Notes: a model not told the origin generated them from the sequence alone. Positions 33,513 through 47,116 are shown, numbered from the stretch's first letter. The stretch is DNA of 64,000 nt from Blastocatellia bacterium (GCA_038211695.1 JBBQVH010000017.1:1081-65080); one strand, 5' to 3'. Numbers and translations: made by a program.

Positions 33513-34268
33513 GTGCCTGAGTCACCCAATAAAACCAAACCTTTCTACCAACGCATCCTGCTCAAGTTGAGCGGCGAAGCCTTAATGGGCGAGTCCGGAT
33601 ATGGAATTGATCCAAAGGTGATTCGTCGCCTTGCCCAAGAGGTAAAAGATGTTCAAGAACTCGGTGTAGAGATTGCCTTGGTCGTGGGTGGTGGCAATAT
33701 TTTTCGCGGCTTAAGCGCCAGCGCGATGGGGATTGACCGTGCCTCTGCCGATTACATGGGAATGTTGGCAACGGTCATGAATGCAATCGCGTTGCAGGAT
33801 GGATTGGAGAAGGCAGATGTTGACACCCGTGTCGTCTCTGCCATTGAGATGCGCGAAATCGCGGAACCATTCATCCGCCGCCGCGCCGTCCGTCATCTGG
33901 AAAAAGGCCGTGTAGTCATCTTTGCGGCGGGCACCGGCAATCCCTACTTCACGACGGATTCCGCCGCTGCTCTGCGCGCGCTCGAAATCAAAGCGGATGT
34001 GCTGATGAAAGCGACCGGCGTCGGCGGCATCTACACCGCCGACCCGCGTAAAGACCCGAATGCTGTCAAGATTGAAGAGTTAACTTATATGCGCGTGCTG
34101 CAGGAAGAACTGGCTGTCATGGATGCTTCGGCCATTTCGCTCTGCAAAGACAATCGGCTGCCGATTATGGTCTTCAACATGAACGAACCTGGCAACATTC
34201 AGCGCGCCGTGATGGGTGAACGCGTCGGTTCGATCGTGAAACCGGATGATGGAATTTCAAACAAGTAG
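33513..34268 (+). CDS. pyrH: UMP kinase
   Basis: [34 protein letters not shown]; GTG 33513 taken as start. Confidence 0.97.
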   Translation: MPESPNKTKPFYQRILLKLSGEALMGESGYGIDPKVIRRLAQEVKDVQELGVEIALVVGGGNIFRGLSASAMGIDRASADYMGMLATVMNAIALQDGLEKADVDTRVVSAIEMREIAEPFIRRRAVRHLEKGRVVIFAAGTGNPYFTTDSAAALRALEIKADVLMKATGVGGIYTADPRKDPNAVKIEELTYMRVLQEELAVMDASAISLCKDNRLPIMVFNMNEPGNIQRAVMGERVGSIVKPDDGISNK

Positions 34269-34278
34269 TGAGGACATC

Positions 34279-34836
34279 ATGGTCAAAGAGATCAGCAAAG
34301 ACACCAACACAAGAATGGAAAAAGTGGTCGAAGATTTTCGGCACAAACTCGGTTCAGTGCGGACGGGCCGCGCTTCGACCAATCTGCTCGACAACATCAC
34401 GGTTGAGGCGTATGGCTCGCAACTGCCGCTCAACCAGGTAGGCACGCTCAACGCGCCGGATGCCGCGATGTTAACGATCCAGCCCTTCGACCCAACCTTG
34501 GTGGGTGCAATTGAAAAAGCCATCCGCGCCTCCGATCTTGGCCTGAATCCGGGCAATGACGGCAAGCTGATTCGCATTCCGGTTCCGCCATTGACCGAAG
34601 AGCGCCGCAAACACATGGTCAAGACCATTCACGAAATGGCTGAAGACCATAAGACTGCCGTTCGCAACATCCGCCGCGATTCCAACGACAAATTGAAGAA
34701 GTCGCTCAAGGACAAAACAATTTCAGAGGATGAAGAAAAGAGCGGCCTCGATGAAGTGCAGAAGCTGACTGATCAACACATTGCCAGAATCAGCGACCTG
34801 AGCAAGCACAAGGAAGACGAGATACTGAAGGTATAA
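34279..34836 (+). CDS. frr: Ribosome recycling factor
   Basis: [22 protein letters not shown]; GAGG RBS. Confidence 0.97.
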   Translation: MVKEISKDTNTRMEKVVEDFRHKLGSVRTGRASTNLLDNITVEAYGSQLPLNQVGTLNAPDAAMLTIQPFDPTLVGAIEKAIRASDLGLNPGNDGKLIRIPVPPLTEERRKHMVKTIHEMAEDHKTAVRNIRRDSNDKLKKSLKDKTISEDEEKSGLDEVQKLTDQHIARISDLSKHKEDEILKV

Positions 34837-34999
34837 GCCCGCCAACAACCGCTACAACTCCACAGACAGCGTCCCGGCTTCGCCTTTAGACTATTGACGG
34901 TATTGACGGATGCCATTGCCGAAAAGCCTTTTCGTGAAGCGTCTTGCATATAGCTGTCAAGATAATGTTTTTCGTCTGCCGAGCAAACCGTCGCGCGCC

Positions 35000-35087
35000 G
35001 AGCATGGAGTTCAGCCTTTAGGCTGTCCGGTTTCCGGGAAGAATCTGGCCAAGAAAGCCAACAGCCCAAAGGCTGAACTCCATGCTC
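35000..35087. repeat. REP-like inverted pair
   Basis: GAGCATGGAGTTCAGCCTTTAGGCTGT (35000-35026) vs ACAGCCCAAAGGCTGAACTCCATGCTC (35061-35087), 1 mismatch. Confidence 0.75.
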
Positions 35088-35270
35088 TTTTTCTTGAAGT
35101 CTATAGTTTCTTTTCATTGCCGACGAACTGTCTTTCCAGGCTCACGTGGGAGTCCGGTTTGATATTCAAAATGAAGCGCTAACCTTCAGCCAAAGGGAAA
35201 GCCTTGTGAATTGCCGGTTGTCTGCTTCAGGCGCTGAAACTTACTCCGTCTCTTCAATCTGCTGTAATGA

Positions 35271-35299
35271 TTGCCTTCGCCTGGGGCTGACGCTAGAAT
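35271..35299 (+). promoter_or_regulatory. Sigma70 promoter of the Uma2 gene
   Basis: TTGCCT-17 bp-TAGAAT. Confidence 0.6.
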
Positions 35300-35313
35300 C
35301 GCGCCGTTTCCAC

Positions 35314-35361
35314 AAATAACCTGGTCTATAAATAACCTAGTCTATAAATAACTTGGTCTAT
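35314..35361. repeat. 3 x 16-bp tandem repeat
   Basis: AAATAACCTGGTCTAT / AAATAACCTAGTCTAT / AAATAACTTGGTCTAT. Confidence 0.9.
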
Positions 35362-35365
35362 TCCT

Positions 35366-36043
35366 ATGATTGCCGCACCTTCCAAATCCGCCTACGCTCC
35401 AAATCACTATGCCATCGTTTCGGAACTGCCTGCCGACAGCGAGGTCACTTTCCGCAACGTCACTTGGGACGAGTACGAAGAACTGCTCGAACAAGTCGGC
35501 GAAGCAAGTCACTTGCGGATCAGCTACAACGATGGAGTCTTGAACGTCATGTCACTCTCCCTCGAACACGAAAAGTACGCCGATTTCTTCAAGCGGCTAA
35601 TGCACCAACTCAGTTTTCGCTTGCGCCCCAACATTCTCTTCAGCGGCTCAGCCACGATGCGGAAGAAGAAAAAGAGCAAGGGCAATGAGCCGGACGCCGG
35701 CTTTTACGTGCAGACCGCGTCGGTGGTCGGCAACCGGCTCAATCTGGATTTCGAGGTTGATCCGCCGCCCGACATCGTGGTCGAGGTAGACATTCATCAC
35801 GCTTCGACGAAGAGCGATCCGATTTATGCCGCGCTTGGAGTATTTGAAATCTGGCGCTACGACGGGCAGCAGACGACCATCTATCATTTGCAAGGTGGCG
35901 CTTACGTCGAAGCCGAAGCCAGCCGCGCCCTGCCAATGCTGACCGCCGCCATCCTCAGCGAATATCTGACGCGGATGCGGCAGGACGGCGAAACCGAAGC
36001 CATCTTCGCCTTTGATGAATGGCTGCAAACGCTCACTCCATAA
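35366..36043 (+). CDS. Uma2-family putative endonuclease
   Basis: VTWDEYE, EPDAGFY, PPDIVVEVD, YAALGVFEIWRYDG. Confidence 0.9.
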   Translation: MIAAPSKSAYAPNHYAIVSELPADSEVTFRNVTWDEYEELLEQVGEASHLRISYNDGVLNVMSLSLEHEKYADFFKRLMHQLSFRLRPNILFSGSATMRKKKKSKGNEPDAGFYVQTASVVGNRLNLDFEVDPPPDIVVEVDIHHASTKSDPIYAALGVFEIWRYDGQQTTIYHLQGGAYVEAEASRALPMLTAAILSEYLTRMRQDGETEAIFAFDEWLQTLTP

Positions 36044-36063
36044 TCCAACTCTGGCCCCACTCG

Positions 36064-38808
36064 CTACTCATGCCGCAGCGCCGCCAGCGGATCAACCTTC
36101 GTCGCGCGTTGCGCCGGAATGTAACAGGCCAGCAGCGCCACGCCCGCCAACAGCAACGCCATGGCTCCAAAGGTCAGTGGGTCGGTCGTGCCCACCCCGT
36201 ACAACAAACTTTGAATCAAGCGCGTCAGCAATAGCGCCGCCAACAGGCCCAAGGCGATCCCGATACCGGTCAGCAGCAGCCCCTGTTTGATGACCAGCCG
36301 CAATACGTTACTCCGCTCTGCGCCCAGCGCCATGCGAATGCCGATCTCGCGCGTGCGGCGGCTGACGGCGTAAGACATCACGCCGTACAGGCCAATCGCC
36401 GCGAGCAACAACGCCGTCAAGCCGAACAAACTCGTCAGCGTCGAAGCCATCCGCGCCGCCGCAATCGAACCTTTGATCTCGTCATCCAACGTGGTCGGTG
36501 GATACAGCGTCACTTGCGGGTTCAGCGTCAATGCTTCCTTGCGCACCGTGGGCCACAACGCCATCGGATCAAGCTTCGTGCGCACCACCAGACGTGCGAA
36601 GGAACCATACGGTCGTTGCAGAGCAGGCAGATCAAGATGCGGCAGTGGCGCTTCGGTCAGGCTGTGCAAATGGTGATCGCGTGTCACGCCGATGATTTCG
36701 AGCCAGGGGTTATTGATCCCTAAACTGAGCCGTTTGCCGAGCGGGCTTTGATTTGGGAAATAGGTGCGCGCCAGTGTCTCGTTGACAATCACAACGCCGG
36801 GCGCATTGGCATTATCGCGTTCCGTAAAGCCGCGCCCGGCCACCAACGGAATGCCCATCAATTCGTGATAACCCGGCCCGGCCTTGCTGTTATCAATAGC
36901 GATGTTCTCGCCTGGCTTCGTTTGTCGGCCTTCGATCACGACAGAGGTTTTGCCGATGTTGCCGCTGAAGGGCGTGATAAAGGCTGTCGTGGCTGCTTCG
37001 ACGCCGGGCAAGGCTCGTGCGCGCTCGGCAAGTTGGAAGTAATACTGATTGTTGCGTTCGTCTGCAGCGCGCATACCGGCTTCATCTTTGGCCGCCGCGT
37101 ACGGCGCAAGCGGCAGGTCGCACATCACAATCAATAGCTTCTCCGTGCGAAAGCCGGGATCAATCGCAAACAATCGTTGCAGGCTTCTGACCAGCAGCCC
37201 TGCGCCGGTCAGCATGACCAACGCCAACGCGACCTGCGCGACGACAAGAACGCTGCGCACGTTCCAGCGGCGTTCGCGTTGGGCAGCGCTGCCTTCGCTA
37301 TCTTTCAAGGCAGGAACCAAATCCGCACGCGCGCTCTGCCACGCCGGAACCAAGCCAAACAGGAGGCCGGAGAGCAGGGTGGTACACGCGGTGAAGCCGA
37401 GCACGCGCGCATCCAGGCTGCCTTGCAACAACGAACCTTCCAACACGAAGCCCGATTGAAAAACCAGCAGCAACTGATACAACCACGGCGCAAACAACAA
37501 CCCCACGCCTGCGCCCAGCCCTGCAAGCAACAGGCTTTCGATCAACAATTGCCGGATAATCTGCCAGCGATTCGCGCCCAGCGCCAGCCTGACTGCGATC
37601 TCTTTGCGACGGCCCGTGGCGCGTGCCAGCGAAAGATTGGCAACGTTCGCGCAAGCCAGCAGCAACAACAACGCGACAACGCCTGACAAAAGCTTGAGCG
37701 TATCGCCCAACGCCAGCCGCAGCGTCGAAAAGCCCTGCCCGCCCGGCTCCATCAGGATGCGCTTTTCGTTGAAGGGCAACTTGCGGTCGCTCTGCGTTGT
37801 GTTCGCCTCCCAAATGCGCCGCGCCGTCAAATCAAAACTCGCCTGCGCCTGCGCGAGCGAGACGCCGGGTTTGAGCCGCCCCAGCAACCGTAACGAGCCG
37901 CCTTTGCGTTCAAAGTTCGAAGTCGTCGCCCCCAGCAATTGCCGCCGCATCATCAGCGGTGCCCAAACTTCGGAGGGGACTTCCAGCCGGAGCCCTCTGA
38001 ATCCGGCGGGCGCAATGCCGATGATCGTGTAAGGCGCGCCATTCAGCAACATCGTCTGCCCAATCACATCGCGCTTCCCGCCAAAGCGACGTTGCCAGCA
38101 ACTATCGCTGATGACCGCGACGAAATGCGCGTCTTCGTTGCGATTGTCTTCCGCTTGAATGAGGCGGCCCTGCGCAGCGGTCAGGCCTAACACATCGAAA
38201 TAGTTGTCTGAAACCAATTCGACGCTCAGCTTGTCGGACCGTTCTCCCTCGCCAAACCGAATGTCGTTGAGCTGGCCCCGCGCAAGCAAGCTGCTGAAGA
38301 CTTCGTTTTGTGCGCGGTAATCCACATAGTCGGGATACGAGAACAGGTTATTCATAAACTTCGGATTGACCGATTCGCCCGACACAATCGCAAGTTGCTG
38401 CGGCTCTTTGACTGGCAACGAACGCACCAACAACTTATCCACTACGCTGAAAATCGCCGTGTTCGCGCCAATGCCCAGCGCTAGCGTCAGCACGGCAATT
38501 GAGGTAAAGCCTGGCTGTTTGAGCAGCATTCGCATGCCATAACGTAAATCCCGAATCATCTCGTCCTCCAGTCGTTGAGGCTGCAACGCCAGCGCATCAA
38601 CGAATGCGCCCAAGCTGCGCCGCAGCAGATCAAGTTTGGTTCGCCAATTGAGATTGTCCCACTCAGCCAGCAGCGCCTCGCGGTGGCATAGTTCGGCCTC
38701 CCACTCCTGCCGCCAATTGGCGCGCAGCCGGCGCGGAACAATCAAGCCAATGAAGCGGATCAGCCAGAGCCAGAAACGAAAGCGCGTTGTGGGTGTTGAG
38801 CCGGTCAT
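36064..38808 (-). CDS. ADOP-family duplicated MacB/FtsX permease (copy 4)
   Basis: [32 protein letters not shown]-terminal [10 protein letters not shown]; start at MTGST. Confidence 0.92.
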   Translation of the reverse strand: MTGSTPTTRFRFWLWLIRFIGLIVPRRLRANWRQEWEAELCHREALLAEWDNLNWRTKLDLLRRSLGAFVDALALQPQRLEDEMIRDLRYGMRMLLKQPGFTSIAVLTLALGIGANTAIFSVVDKLLVRSLPVKEPQQLAIVSGESVNPKFMNNLFSYPDYVDYRAQNEVFSSLLARGQLNDIRFGEGERSDKLSVELVSDNYFDVLGLTAAQGRLIQAEDNRNEDAHFVAVISDSCWQRRFGGKRDVIGQTMLLNGAPYTIIGIAPAGFRGLRLEVPSEVWAPLMMRRQLLGATTSNFERKGGSLRLLGRLKPGVSLAQAQASFDLTARRIWEANTTQSDRKLPFNEKRILMEPGGQGFSTLRLALGDTLKLLSGVVALLLLLACANVANLSLARATGRRKEIAVRLALGANRWQIIRQLLIESLLLAGLGAGVGLLFAPWLYQLLLVFQSGFVLEGSLLQGSLDARVLGFTACTTLLSGLLFGLVPAWQSARADLVPALKDSEGSAAQRERRWNVRSVLVVAQVALALVMLTGAGLLVRSLQRLFAIDPGFRTEKLLIVMCDLPLAPYAAAKDEAGMRAADERNNQYYFQLAERARALPGVEAATTAFITPFSGNIGKTSVVIEGRQTKPGENIAIDNSKAGPGYHELMGIPLVAGRGFTERDNANAPGVVIVNETLARTYFPNQSPLGKRLSLGINNPWLEIIGVTRDHHLHSLTEAPLPHLDLPALQRPYGSFARLVVRTKLDPMALWPTVRKEALTLNPQVTLYPPTTLDDEIKGSIAAARMASTLTSLFGLTALLLAAIGLYGVMSYAVSRRTREIGIRMALGAERSNVLRLVIKQGLLLTGIGIALGLLAALLLTRLIQSLLYGVGTTDPLTFGAMALLLAGVALLACYIPAQRATKVDPLAALRHE

Positions 38809-38813
38809 CGGTT

Positions 38814-41468
38814 TCAGTCGTGCCGCAATGCGATCAGCGGGTCTACCTTCGTCGCCCGCCATGCCGGAACGAAGCAGGCCGCGAGGGCCACCGTTGTAAG
38901 CAACAAGGCAATCACCACGAAGGTCGCCGGGTCAGTTGCGCTTACGCCGTAGAGCATTTTTGCCAGCAGCCGGGTCAAGCCCAGCGCGGCGACCAAGCCC
39001 AGCGCCACGCCGCCCACCGCCATTTTCATGCCTTGGCTTAAAACGAGACGCAGCACATCCCTGCGCTCGGCACCCAGCGCCAGGCGGATGCCGAGTTCGT
39101 GCGTGCGCTGGCCCACCAGATAGGAAATGACGCCATACAAGCCAATGCTCGCCAACAACAGCGCCACCGCAGCGAAGGCGTCGAGCAGGATCATCAAAAA
39201 ACGCTGGCCGCTGAGCGAGTCGGCGATCACCTCATTCATCGTCTGCGGCGCGAAAATGACGTTCTGGCTATGCTGGCTTTGCACGACACGGCGGATCGAG
39301 TCAAAAAGCGCAGTCCCGGTTTTTCCAGCAACGCCTTCGGCGCGCACCACCACGCTCAAGCCGGGAGGGCTGCCCGATACTTGCTTGAACGGTTCGTAGA
39401 GTTGCGCCTGGAGCGATTGCTGGCCATCCGACGCATCAACTCCCCACTGCTTGACGTGACCGACCACGCCGACAATCTGCAACGGGTCTCTGGGATCGTC
39501 CAGATTAATTCGTTTGCCGATGGGGTCTGTGTTGGGGAAATACTTATGAGCAAAAGCCTCGTCAATCACCACGACGCTCGCGGATCGTTCATCATCTTGA
39601 TTGGTGAAAAAGCGGCCTTGTCTGAGCTGGATGCCCATGGCCGTCAAATAGCCGGGTTCAACGCGATAGACCAGCGCCATATTCATCTCGCTGGTGCTCG
39701 CGGGCTTGGCTTGGCCGTCGAGCCAGAAGAACAGATCATCTTCACCTTGCAAGGGAGATGCGCCATCAGAGAATGAAGCCGCACGCACACCCGGCATGGA
39801 GTTGAGCTTATCACTAAGGTCGCGCAGATTAGCGCGTACAGCCTCCGGCTTGGCCGTCCGCATTGACGGCGGAAAGCTCAATCCGAACGTCAACACATTG
39901 TCCGGGCGAAAGCCGGGATCAACGTTCCAGAGCGCGTTGAGACTGCGAATCATCAACCCTGCGCCGATCAGCAAAACCAGCGCCAGCGCCATCTCCACCG
40001 CGACCAGGATGCCTTGTGCGCGATGCCGTCCTCCACCCGCGCTGCGCCCACCTTCCTTGAGCGTTTCGGACAACCGCCCCGGCGAAGTCTTGAGCGCCGG
40101 AGCCAGACCCGAAAGCATTCCTGTGAGCAACGAAATAGCGAAGGTGAAAAGCAGGACGCGCGCATCCAGTCCGATTTCTTCCGCACGCGGCAACCCCGCC
40201 GGCAGCGCACTGATTGCTGCCCGCGTGCCCCAGGCTGCCAGCAGCAATCCCAGCCCGCCGCCAGCAAATGCCAGCAACATGCTCTCAGTCAGCAGTTGGC
40301 GCAGCAACCGCCACCGGCCTGCGCCCAGCGCAGCGCGAATGGCGAATTCACGCGTCCTGGCGGTTGAGCGCGCGAGCAAGAGATTGCTGACGTTGACACA
40401 CGCAATCAGCAACACGAATCCGACCGCGCCAAATAACAGCCACAAGATCAGCCGGACGTCGCCCACCAGCCTTTCCTTGAGCGGGATCAGCCCCGCGCCA
40501 TTGCCTCGGTTGGCGTCAGGATAAGCGACAGCGAGACGGCGCATCACGCCGTCCAGATCGGCCTGCGCCTGCGCGAGCGTGACGCCGGGCTTGAGCCTGC
40601 CAATGCCGTGCAGCGCCAAGGCAGCGCTGCGGTTCTGTAGCGCGGGATTGCTCCATTGGCCGATGGGCAGATAGACATCCGTGCTGCGATACAGTTTGAA
40701 GCTTGCCGGAAGCACGCCGATGATCGTGTAGCTCTTGTCATCCAGCGTCAGGCTCTTGCCCAACACGTCCGGCGCCGCATTGAACTTGCGCTGCCAAAGT
40801 TCCGCGCTGATCATGGCGACAGGGCCTGCGCCGCGCTCATCTTCGCCCGGCGCAAAGCTGCGCCCCAGCGCAGGCTGAACGCCGAGCACGGAGAAGCACT
40901 CCGCCGAGACCCAACGCCCGCCAACCTGCTCGGCTTCGCCCGCGCCGATCAGGCTGAAGCTGGCCCCGCGCGAAATGGCCATCGCGGAGAAAGTCCGGTT
41001 CTCTTTTTGCCAGTCGCAAAAATTCGGGTAAGGGATTGCGCCGGTGGCGAAATTCGGCTTGCTCTGATGGAGCGTCACAAGCTGGTCGGGCTGCGGGTAA
41101 GGCAGCGGGTTCAGGAGCACCCCATTGACCACCGAAAAGAGCGCCGCGTTGGCGCCAATGCCCAGCGCCAGCGTCAGCACCACAACGGTAGTGAAGCCAG
41201 GATTCTTCAGCAACATTCGCACGCCATATCCCAAGTCTTGAAACATTTCGTCCTCCAGTCTTCGTGGTTGTAAGAGCAACGCATCCCGGAACGCTCCCAA
41301 GCTACGCCGCAGCAAATCAAGTTTGTTACGCCAATCGAGCCGATCCCACTCCGCCAGCATCAATTCACGATACCGCAACTCCGCCTCCCATTCCTGCCGC
41401 CAGTCGGCGCGCAAGCGTTTCGGCACGATCATGCCGATGAATTGAATCAGCAAGAGATGCGGTTTCAC
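38814..41468 (-). CDS. ADOP-family permease (copy 3)
   Basis: Same duplicated MacB_PCD/FtsX motifs. Confidence 0.92.
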   Translation of the reverse strand: MKPHLLLIQFIGMIVPKRLRADWRQEWEAELRYRELMLAEWDRLDWRNKLDLLRRSLGAFRDALLLQPRRLEDEMFQDLGYGVRMLLKNPGFTTVVVLTLALGIGANAALFSVVNGVLLNPLPYPQPDQLVTLHQSKPNFATGAIPYPNFCDWQKENRTFSAMAISRGASFSLIGAGEAEQVGGRWVSAECFSVLGVQPALGRSFAPGEDERGAGPVAMISAELWQRKFNAAPDVLGKSLTLDDKSYTIIGVLPASFKLYRSTDVYLPIGQWSNPALQNRSAALALHGIGRLKPGVTLAQAQADLDGVMRRLAVAYPDANRGNGAGLIPLKERLVGDVRLILWLLFGAVGFVLLIACVNVSNLLLARSTARTREFAIRAALGAGRWRLLRQLLTESMLLAFAGGGLGLLLAAWGTRAAISALPAGLPRAEEIGLDARVLLFTFAISLLTGMLSGLAPALKTSPGRLSETLKEGGRSAGGGRHRAQGILVAVEMALALVLLIGAGLMIRSLNALWNVDPGFRPDNVLTFGLSFPPSMRTAKPEAVRANLRDLSDKLNSMPGVRAASFSDGASPLQGEDDLFFWLDGQAKPASTSEMNMALVYRVEPGYLTAMGIQLRQGRFFTNQDDERSASVVVIDEAFAHKYFPNTDPIGKRINLDDPRDPLQIVGVVGHVKQWGVDASDGQQSLQAQLYEPFKQVSGSPPGLSVVVRAEGVAGKTGTALFDSIRRVVQSQHSQNVIFAPQTMNEVIADSLSGQRFLMILLDAFAAVALLLASIGLYGVISYLVGQRTHELGIRLALGAERRDVLRLVLSQGMKMAVGGVALGLVAALGLTRLLAKMLYGVSATDPATFVVIALLLTTVALAACFVPAWRATKVDPLIALRHD

Positions 41469-41480
41469 GTTTGCCCCTCG

Positions 41481-44303
41481 CTAGTCATGGCGCAACGCCA
41501 CAAGGGGATCCACTTGAGCTGCCTTGCGCGCGGGCAGCCAGCAAGCGATCAGCGCGATCAGCAACAGCAGTGACGCGATGACGGCAAAAGTCATTGGATC
41601 AGCCTTCCCCACACCGTAAAGCAAATTAGCGAGTTGGGCCTGCCAGGCAGCGTTGGCCAGCCAGCGCGTCAGGGCATATCCGCTGAAGGCACCGACGGCC
41701 AGCCCAAGCAACACCAGCTTCATCCCTTGCCAAATTACCAACCGCAGGACGTGGGCCGCCTGCGCGCCGAGCGCCATCCGAATGCCAATCTCGTTCGTAC
41801 GTTGCGCGACCGAATAAGCCAACACGCCCGACAGCCCGATGGCCGCCAGCAAAAGCGCCAGGCCGCCAAAGAAACTCAAGAGCCGCGCGTACAACCGTTC
41901 CTGATCCAGGGTAGCCTGCGAGCGTGCGGTTTGCGTACTGACTTGCGTGACCGGTAGATTGCTGTCGAGTTCGCGCACGACTTGACGCACTGCGGTGGCG
42001 AGCGCCGTCGGTTCGCCCATAGTGCGCAAGGCGAAATGCATCTCGCCGATTTCGCCGCCTTCCTGCTGCCACGGCGTGTAGAGCAGCGGCTGGAGCTCCT
42101 GGCGCTGGCTCATGTATTTGGTGTCGGCGACGACGCCGATAATCTCGACTTCGCGGTTGCTCGCCGTGACGCGCTGGCCGAGCACGTCGGCGTTGGAGAA
42201 ATACTTCCGCGCAAAGCTTTGATTGACGATGGCAACTTGGGGGGCGCGCTCATCATCTTGCGCCGTGAAGCCGCGCCCGCGCAGCAACGGAATTTCCATC
42301 GTCGCGAAATAGTTCTCGCGCGCCATCTGACGGTTAGTCTCGTGTTCGGCGGCGGTCTTTTCCGTCTCGCCGGGCAGCAAGACGGTGGTAAATACGTTGT
42401 TATCCGCGATGAGCGGGATGCGCCCAAACGTCGCCGCGCGCACGCCGGGCAAGTTGTCCAGCCGCGCTAAGAGTTGCTGATAGAACTGCACCAGCCGTTC
42501 GTCTTTGTATCCGCCCTGTTGCGGCTGTAACTTGAACAGCAAGAGGTTCTCCTGATTGAAGCCCAGGTTGACGCGTTGCAGGTTGTAGAGCGTGCGGATG
42601 AACAGACCTGCGCCGACCAATAACAACAACGACAGCGCGACCTGCGCGACGATCAGCCCTTTGCTCAAACGCGACACGGCGCTCGTCGTGCGGCGGCTCT
42701 GTTTGAGCGAAGTGGCTAAATCCAGATTCGTCGCGCGCCACGCAGGCGCCAACCCGAACAGCACTCCGGTCAGTAGTGAGACGGCCAGCGTGAACACGAG
42801 CACGCGCCAATTCAGACTGAGGTCAACGTCGTTGGGCAAGATTCCCGTGTCTTTGTCGGCCAGTGCCAGGAGCGCGCTCTTACCCCAGAAGGCGAAGATC
42901 ACACCGACCGCGCCGCCCAAGGCCGCGAGCAACACACTTTCGGTCAGCAGTTGCCGGATCAACCGCCAGCGTCCCGCGCCGACTGCCAGCCGCACGCTGA
43001 TCTCTGCGTTGCGCAAGGCCGCCCGCGCCAGCAACAGGTTCGCCACGTTGGCGCAGGCAATCAGCAGCACAAGCGCCACCACAATGAACAGCCCGTAGAT
43101 GGTGGGTGCATAATCCCTGCGGGTGTCCAGCATCCCACGGCTGCCGGATTCCGCGATCAGACGCGGATAATCTTTCGGCTCGAGTTGCGCCGATTGATTC
43201 GCTTTGCGCGGCGGCGGCATAACCTCCAACGCGGCGGCTTGGAAAGTACCGTTCAGGCTGTCGCGTGCCTGTTCGTAGGTCGCGCCCGGTTTGAGCCGCC
43301 CCATCACATTCATCCACCAGACGCCTGATTGGTTCGCCGTGCTCAATAAGCTCTGCTCACCCCGCAGCAACGGTTCGCAGGCAACCGCGACGGTGACGGC
43401 GGGGCGATAATCCACCTGCAATGTGCCGGTGAAGGCGGGCGGCATCACGCCGATGATGGTGAATGTTTGCTGGTTGAGTTTGAGCGTTTGACCAATGACG
43501 GCGGAGTTGGCGCTGAATCGCTCTTGCCAAAACTGATGGCTGAGCATAACTACTGGCGCTGCGCCCGGCTTGTCATCTTCGTCAGTAATCGCGCGCCCTA
43601 AACTCGGTTGCAATCTCAGTCCGGCGAAATACCCGCCGGTCACGGCCTGCCCATTGAGGATCTCCGCCTGCTCGCCCACTGCCGCACTTAATTCCGGCAG
43701 CGGAGCGAAGGCGAAGAGATCGCTGAGCGGGCTGTCCGGCGCGGCGGCGTGCGCCTGACGCATCTTGTCAAAGACTTCGTAGCGAAACAGCGAAAGCCCG
43801 CGTGTGCCCGGCGGCTTGGGCACATTCGACGTGCCGCTCATGCCACCCACCCTGAACGGGAGTCCGGCATACCAGGCAAACACCACCAAGCGTTCCGGCT
43901 CAGCGACCGGCAAGGTCTTGAGAAGCACGGCATCCACTACGCTGAACAACGCCGTATTCGCGCCGATACCCAGCGCCAGTGAAAGCACAGCGACAATCGT
44001 GAAGCCTTTATGCTTGAGCAGCATCCGCACGCCATAACGCAAGTCTTGAAACATTTCGTCCTCCAGTCTTTGGGGTTGCAACGCCAGCGCATCAACGAAT
44101 GCGCCCAGGCTGCGCCGCAGCAGATCAAATTTGGTTCGCCAATTCAGCATTTCCCATTCGGCAAGCAGAGTTTCGCGGTGACGCAACTCGGCCTCCCACT
44201 CCTGCCGCCAGTCGGCACGCAACCGACGCGGCACGATCAGGCCGATGAAGCGAATAAGCCAGAGCCAGAAACGAAAGCGCGTTGTGTTTATTGAATCGGT
44301 CAT
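41481..44303 (-). CDS. ADOP-family permease (copy 2)
   Basis: Same duplicated MacB_PCD/FtsX motifs. Confidence 0.92.
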   Translation of the reverse strand: MTDSINTTRFRFWLWLIRFIGLIVPRRLRADWRQEWEAELRHRETLLAEWEMLNWRTKFDLLRRSLGAFVDALALQPQRLEDEMFQDLRYGVRMLLKHKGFTIVAVLSLALGIGANTALFSVVDAVLLKTLPVAEPERLVVFAWYAGLPFRVGGMSGTSNVPKPPGTRGLSLFRYEVFDKMRQAHAAAPDSPLSDLFAFAPLPELSAAVGEQAEILNGQAVTGGYFAGLRLQPSLGRAITDEDDKPGAAPVVMLSHQFWQERFSANSAVIGQTLKLNQQTFTIIGVMPPAFTGTLQVDYRPAVTVAVACEPLLRGEQSLLSTANQSGVWWMNVMGRLKPGATYEQARDSLNGTFQAAALEVMPPPRKANQSAQLEPKDYPRLIAESGSRGMLDTRRDYAPTIYGLFIVVALVLLIACANVANLLLARAALRNAEISVRLAVGAGRWRLIRQLLTESVLLAALGGAVGVIFAFWGKSALLALADKDTGILPNDVDLSLNWRVLVFTLAVSLLTGVLFGLAPAWRATNLDLATSLKQSRRTTSAVSRLSKGLIVAQVALSLLLLVGAGLFIRTLYNLQRVNLGFNQENLLLFKLQPQQGGYKDERLVQFYQQLLARLDNLPGVRAATFGRIPLIADNNVFTTVLLPGETEKTAAEHETNRQMARENYFATMEIPLLRGRGFTAQDDERAPQVAIVNQSFARKYFSNADVLGQRVTASNREVEIIGVVADTKYMSQRQELQPLLYTPWQQEGGEIGEMHFALRTMGEPTALATAVRQVVRELDSNLPVTQVSTQTARSQATLDQERLYARLLSFFGGLALLLAAIGLSGVLAYSVAQRTNEIGIRMALGAQAAHVLRLVIWQGMKLVLLGLAVGAFSGYALTRWLANAAWQAQLANLLYGVGKADPMTFAVIASLLLLIALIACWLPARKAAQVDPLVALRHD

Positions 44304-44308
44304 CGGTT

Positions 44309-47116
44309 TCAGTCGTGCCGCAGCGCGACCAGTGGATCAACTTGTGCGGCGCGGCGTGCAGGCAGATAGCCCGCCAACGCTGCGACGCCAATCATCAACA
44401 ACGTCGCCAATGTGATCGTCAGTGGATCGGTCGGCGTCAGCCCAAACAGCAACGTAGCAACTAATCGCGTAGTCGCCAGTGCTGCTGTCAATCCGATGCC
44501 GATGCCCAGCACAACCAACAGCAAGACTTCGCGCATCACCAGTCGCACAACATCGCGCACCTGCGCACCGAGCGCCATGCGAATGCCGATTTCATTCGTC
44601 CGGCGCGTCACCGCGTAAGACATCACGCCGTACAATCCAACGCAGGCGAGCAACAGCGCGAACAGGCTGAACGCGCTGGCGGTTTGCGCGATGAAGCGTT
44701 CCTGCACGAGCGATTCGTTGACCACCTCACTCATCATCCGCAAGCCCACGACCTGCAATTGCGGATCAAGCTCGCGCGCTACGCGTTGAATCGCGGCGGC
44801 GGAATCAGCCGCCTCACTGCTCGTGCGGAGTTGAAAGGTCATGCTGTCGCGGCGCGGCGGCTGGAAGTAGTAAAGGTAATACGTGCGCGGCGGCGGTTCG
44901 CGCAGGTTGGCATACTTGGCGTCTCTTGTGACGCCGATGATTTCATACGGCTGTTCATTGCCTTTCAGGTTGAAGCGTTTGCCGACAGGGTTTTCGTTGC
45001 CGAAGAAGTAGCGCGCCATCGTCTGATTGATGATGGCGTAAAGCGGCGGCGCGGCTGTCAGACTCAGTGGCGCGGCCGTCAGACTCGGCGGCGCGGTCGT
45101 GGCGGGTGGATTGGTCGTGGGATTGCTCGGGGGCACGGGCCGCTCATCCTGCGGACTGAAGTCACGCCCCGCGAGGATGGGCATCTTCATCGTCTCGAAA
45201 AAGCGCGGCCCCACTGCCATTTCATTACAACTCGTGTTTTCGTCAGGAGCCTGCGCATAGCTGGGGACAACAATGGTATGTGAGGTGGTGTTATTACTCA
45301 GCAGGCTGAAGTACAACAGCGTCGCCGCTTGCACGCCCGGCAAAGCTTCCAGCCGCGCCAGCATTTGGTGGTAGAGGTCACTGCGTTGTTGTGCGTTGTA
45401 GCCGCTGCCGGTATCAAGCGAGAACTGCACGATGTTCTCGTAATTCATCCCGACATCGAGCGTGCGTAAATTCCGCAGGCTGCGCACAAATAATCCAGCT
45501 CCGATCAGCAGAAAGAGCGAGAGTGCAACCTGTGTGACCACCAACAATTTGTTCAGCGTCAGGCGCGACCCGCTCGCACTTGCGCCAGTTTGATCCTTCA
45601 TCGCAGCCGTCAAATTCAAGCGCGTTGCCTGCCACGCGGGCGCGAGACCAAAAAACAATCCGGTCAGGATGGAGACGAGCAGCGTGAAGCCCAGCACGCG
45701 CAGATCGGGCGCGACATCAAGCGCCGCTTGAGATTGTTGCGGCAAATAAGTAATCAGCACACGCAGGCAGACGCGGGCAAAGAGCAAGCCCGCTGCACCA
45801 CCCAGCACCGACAACAAAACGCTCTCTGTCAGCAACTGGCGCAGCAGGCGGAAACGTCCCGCGCCCAATGCCAGCCGCATCGCAATCTCTTTGCGTCGTG
45901 TCGCCGCGCGCGCCAGCAAAAGGTTGGCGACGTTGACGCAGGCGATCAGCAGCACCAGCCCGACCGTTGCCATCAGAATCAACAGCGGTTGTCGGAACTG
46001 TCGCCGCAGCCTCGTCCAGCCAGCGCCCCCTGCATCCAGTTTGAGGTTGCGCTCGAAGTGATTCCGTCGCTGTGTCGGCGTCCAGTTGGCGGAGCGCGCG
46101 GTGGCGACTTCGTTAATTTGCTGCTGAAAGATCACCTCCATCTCTGCCTGCGCCTGTGCCCTGCTCACGCCCGGACGCAAACGCCCAATCACGCGCAGCC
46201 ACCACGACCCCTTCTGATCAATGTTCTCCTTACTCGCCTTGAGCGGCCACCAGAGTTCCGGCTTGCTGCCGACTTCAAAGCCGAAAAAGCCCGGCGGCGC
46301 GACGCCGACGATGGTCAAGGCCACGCTGTTGACTGTGACCTGCCGTCCCACCACATTCGGGTTGAGGCCGAAACGGCGCTGCCAATATTCATAGCTGATG
46401 ATCGCCCCCGGTTGCGTATTAGCCGGGTTGTCATCGGCTTCGGCCAGCGCACGTCCCAACACCGGATTGACCCCCAGCACGGCAAAGAAATTGCCGGAGA
46501 CGCGCTGCTGCTCGACCGATTCTGCCGCGCCACCTGTCCCCGGCTCGTTCACCAGCAGTCGCGCCCGCCCTACGCCAGCCCCGGTGACAATGCCGTTGAA
46601 GGATTGATTGTGGTCACGGAACATTTCGTAAAGCGGGTAGTTCATGCTGTCGCCTGCACCTGGCGGCACGTTCGGCCCGGTAACTGAAAAAAGCACTAAT
46701 TCCTGTGCATCTTTGACGGGCAGCATGCGCAACATCAGCGCATTTATCAGACTGAAAATCGCCGTATTCGCACCAATGCCCAGCGCCAGCGAAAGCACGG
46801 CAACTGCCGTAAATATTTTGCTTTTCAGCAACATTCGTACGCCAAATCGTAAGTCTTGCCACATATCGTCCTCCCATCTTTTCGGTTGCAGCAGCAGCGC
46901 ATCCTGGAACGCTCCCAGGCTGCGTCGCAGCAAATCAAATTTGGTTCGCCAGTTCAGGTTGTCCCACTCGGCCAGCAATTCTTCTCGATGACGCAACTCC
47001 GCTTCCCACTCCTGCTGCCAATCAGCGCGCAACCGGCGCGGCACGATCACGCCGATGATGTAAATCAGCGACAGATGAAGTTTGGAAAAGCCGGATTTGT
47101 GGCGAGCGTTGGGCAT
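44309..47116 (-). CDS. ADOP-family permease (copy 1)
   Basis: Same motifs; start at MPNARH just after the PadR stop. Confidence 0.92.
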   Translation of the reverse strand: MPNARHKSGFSKLHLSLIYIIGVIVPRRLRADWQQEWEAELRHREELLAEWDNLNWRTKFDLLRRSLGAFQDALLLQPKRWEDDMWQDLRFGVRMLLKSKIFTAVAVLSLALGIGANTAIFSLINALMLRMLPVKDAQELVLFSVTGPNVPPGAGDSMNYPLYEMFRDHNQSFNGIVTGAGVGRARLLVNEPGTGGAAESVEQQRVSGNFFAVLGVNPVLGRALAEADDNPANTQPGAIISYEYWQRRFGLNPNVVGRQVTVNSVALTIVGVAPPGFFGFEVGSKPELWWPLKASKENIDQKGSWWLRVIGRLRPGVSRAQAQAEMEVIFQQQINEVATARSANWTPTQRRNHFERNLKLDAGGAGWTRLRRQFRQPLLILMATVGLVLLIACVNVANLLLARAATRRKEIAMRLALGAGRFRLLRQLLTESVLLSVLGGAAGLLFARVCLRVLITYLPQQSQAALDVAPDLRVLGFTLLVSILTGLFFGLAPAWQATRLNLTAAMKDQTGASASGSRLTLNKLLVVTQVALSLFLLIGAGLFVRSLRNLRTLDVGMNYENIVQFSLDTGSGYNAQQRSDLYHQMLARLEALPGVQAATLLYFSLLSNNTTSHTIVVPSYAQAPDENTSCNEMAVGPRFFETMKMPILAGRDFSPQDERPVPPSNPTTNPPATTAPPSLTAAPLSLTAAPPLYAIINQTMARYFFGNENPVGKRFNLKGNEQPYEIIGVTRDAKYANLREPPPRTYYLYYFQPPRRDSMTFQLRTSSEAADSAAAIQRVARELDPQLQVVGLRMMSEVVNESLVQERFIAQTASAFSLFALLLACVGLYGVMSYAVTRRTNEIGIRMALGAQVRDVVRLVMREVLLLVVLGIGIGLTAALATTRLVATLLFGLTPTDPLTITLATLLMIGVAALAGYLPARRAAQVDPLVALRHD

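Noticed and set aside
35314-35361. Mini CRISPR array
   Set aside because: Repeats are contiguous, 16 bp long, and have no spacers
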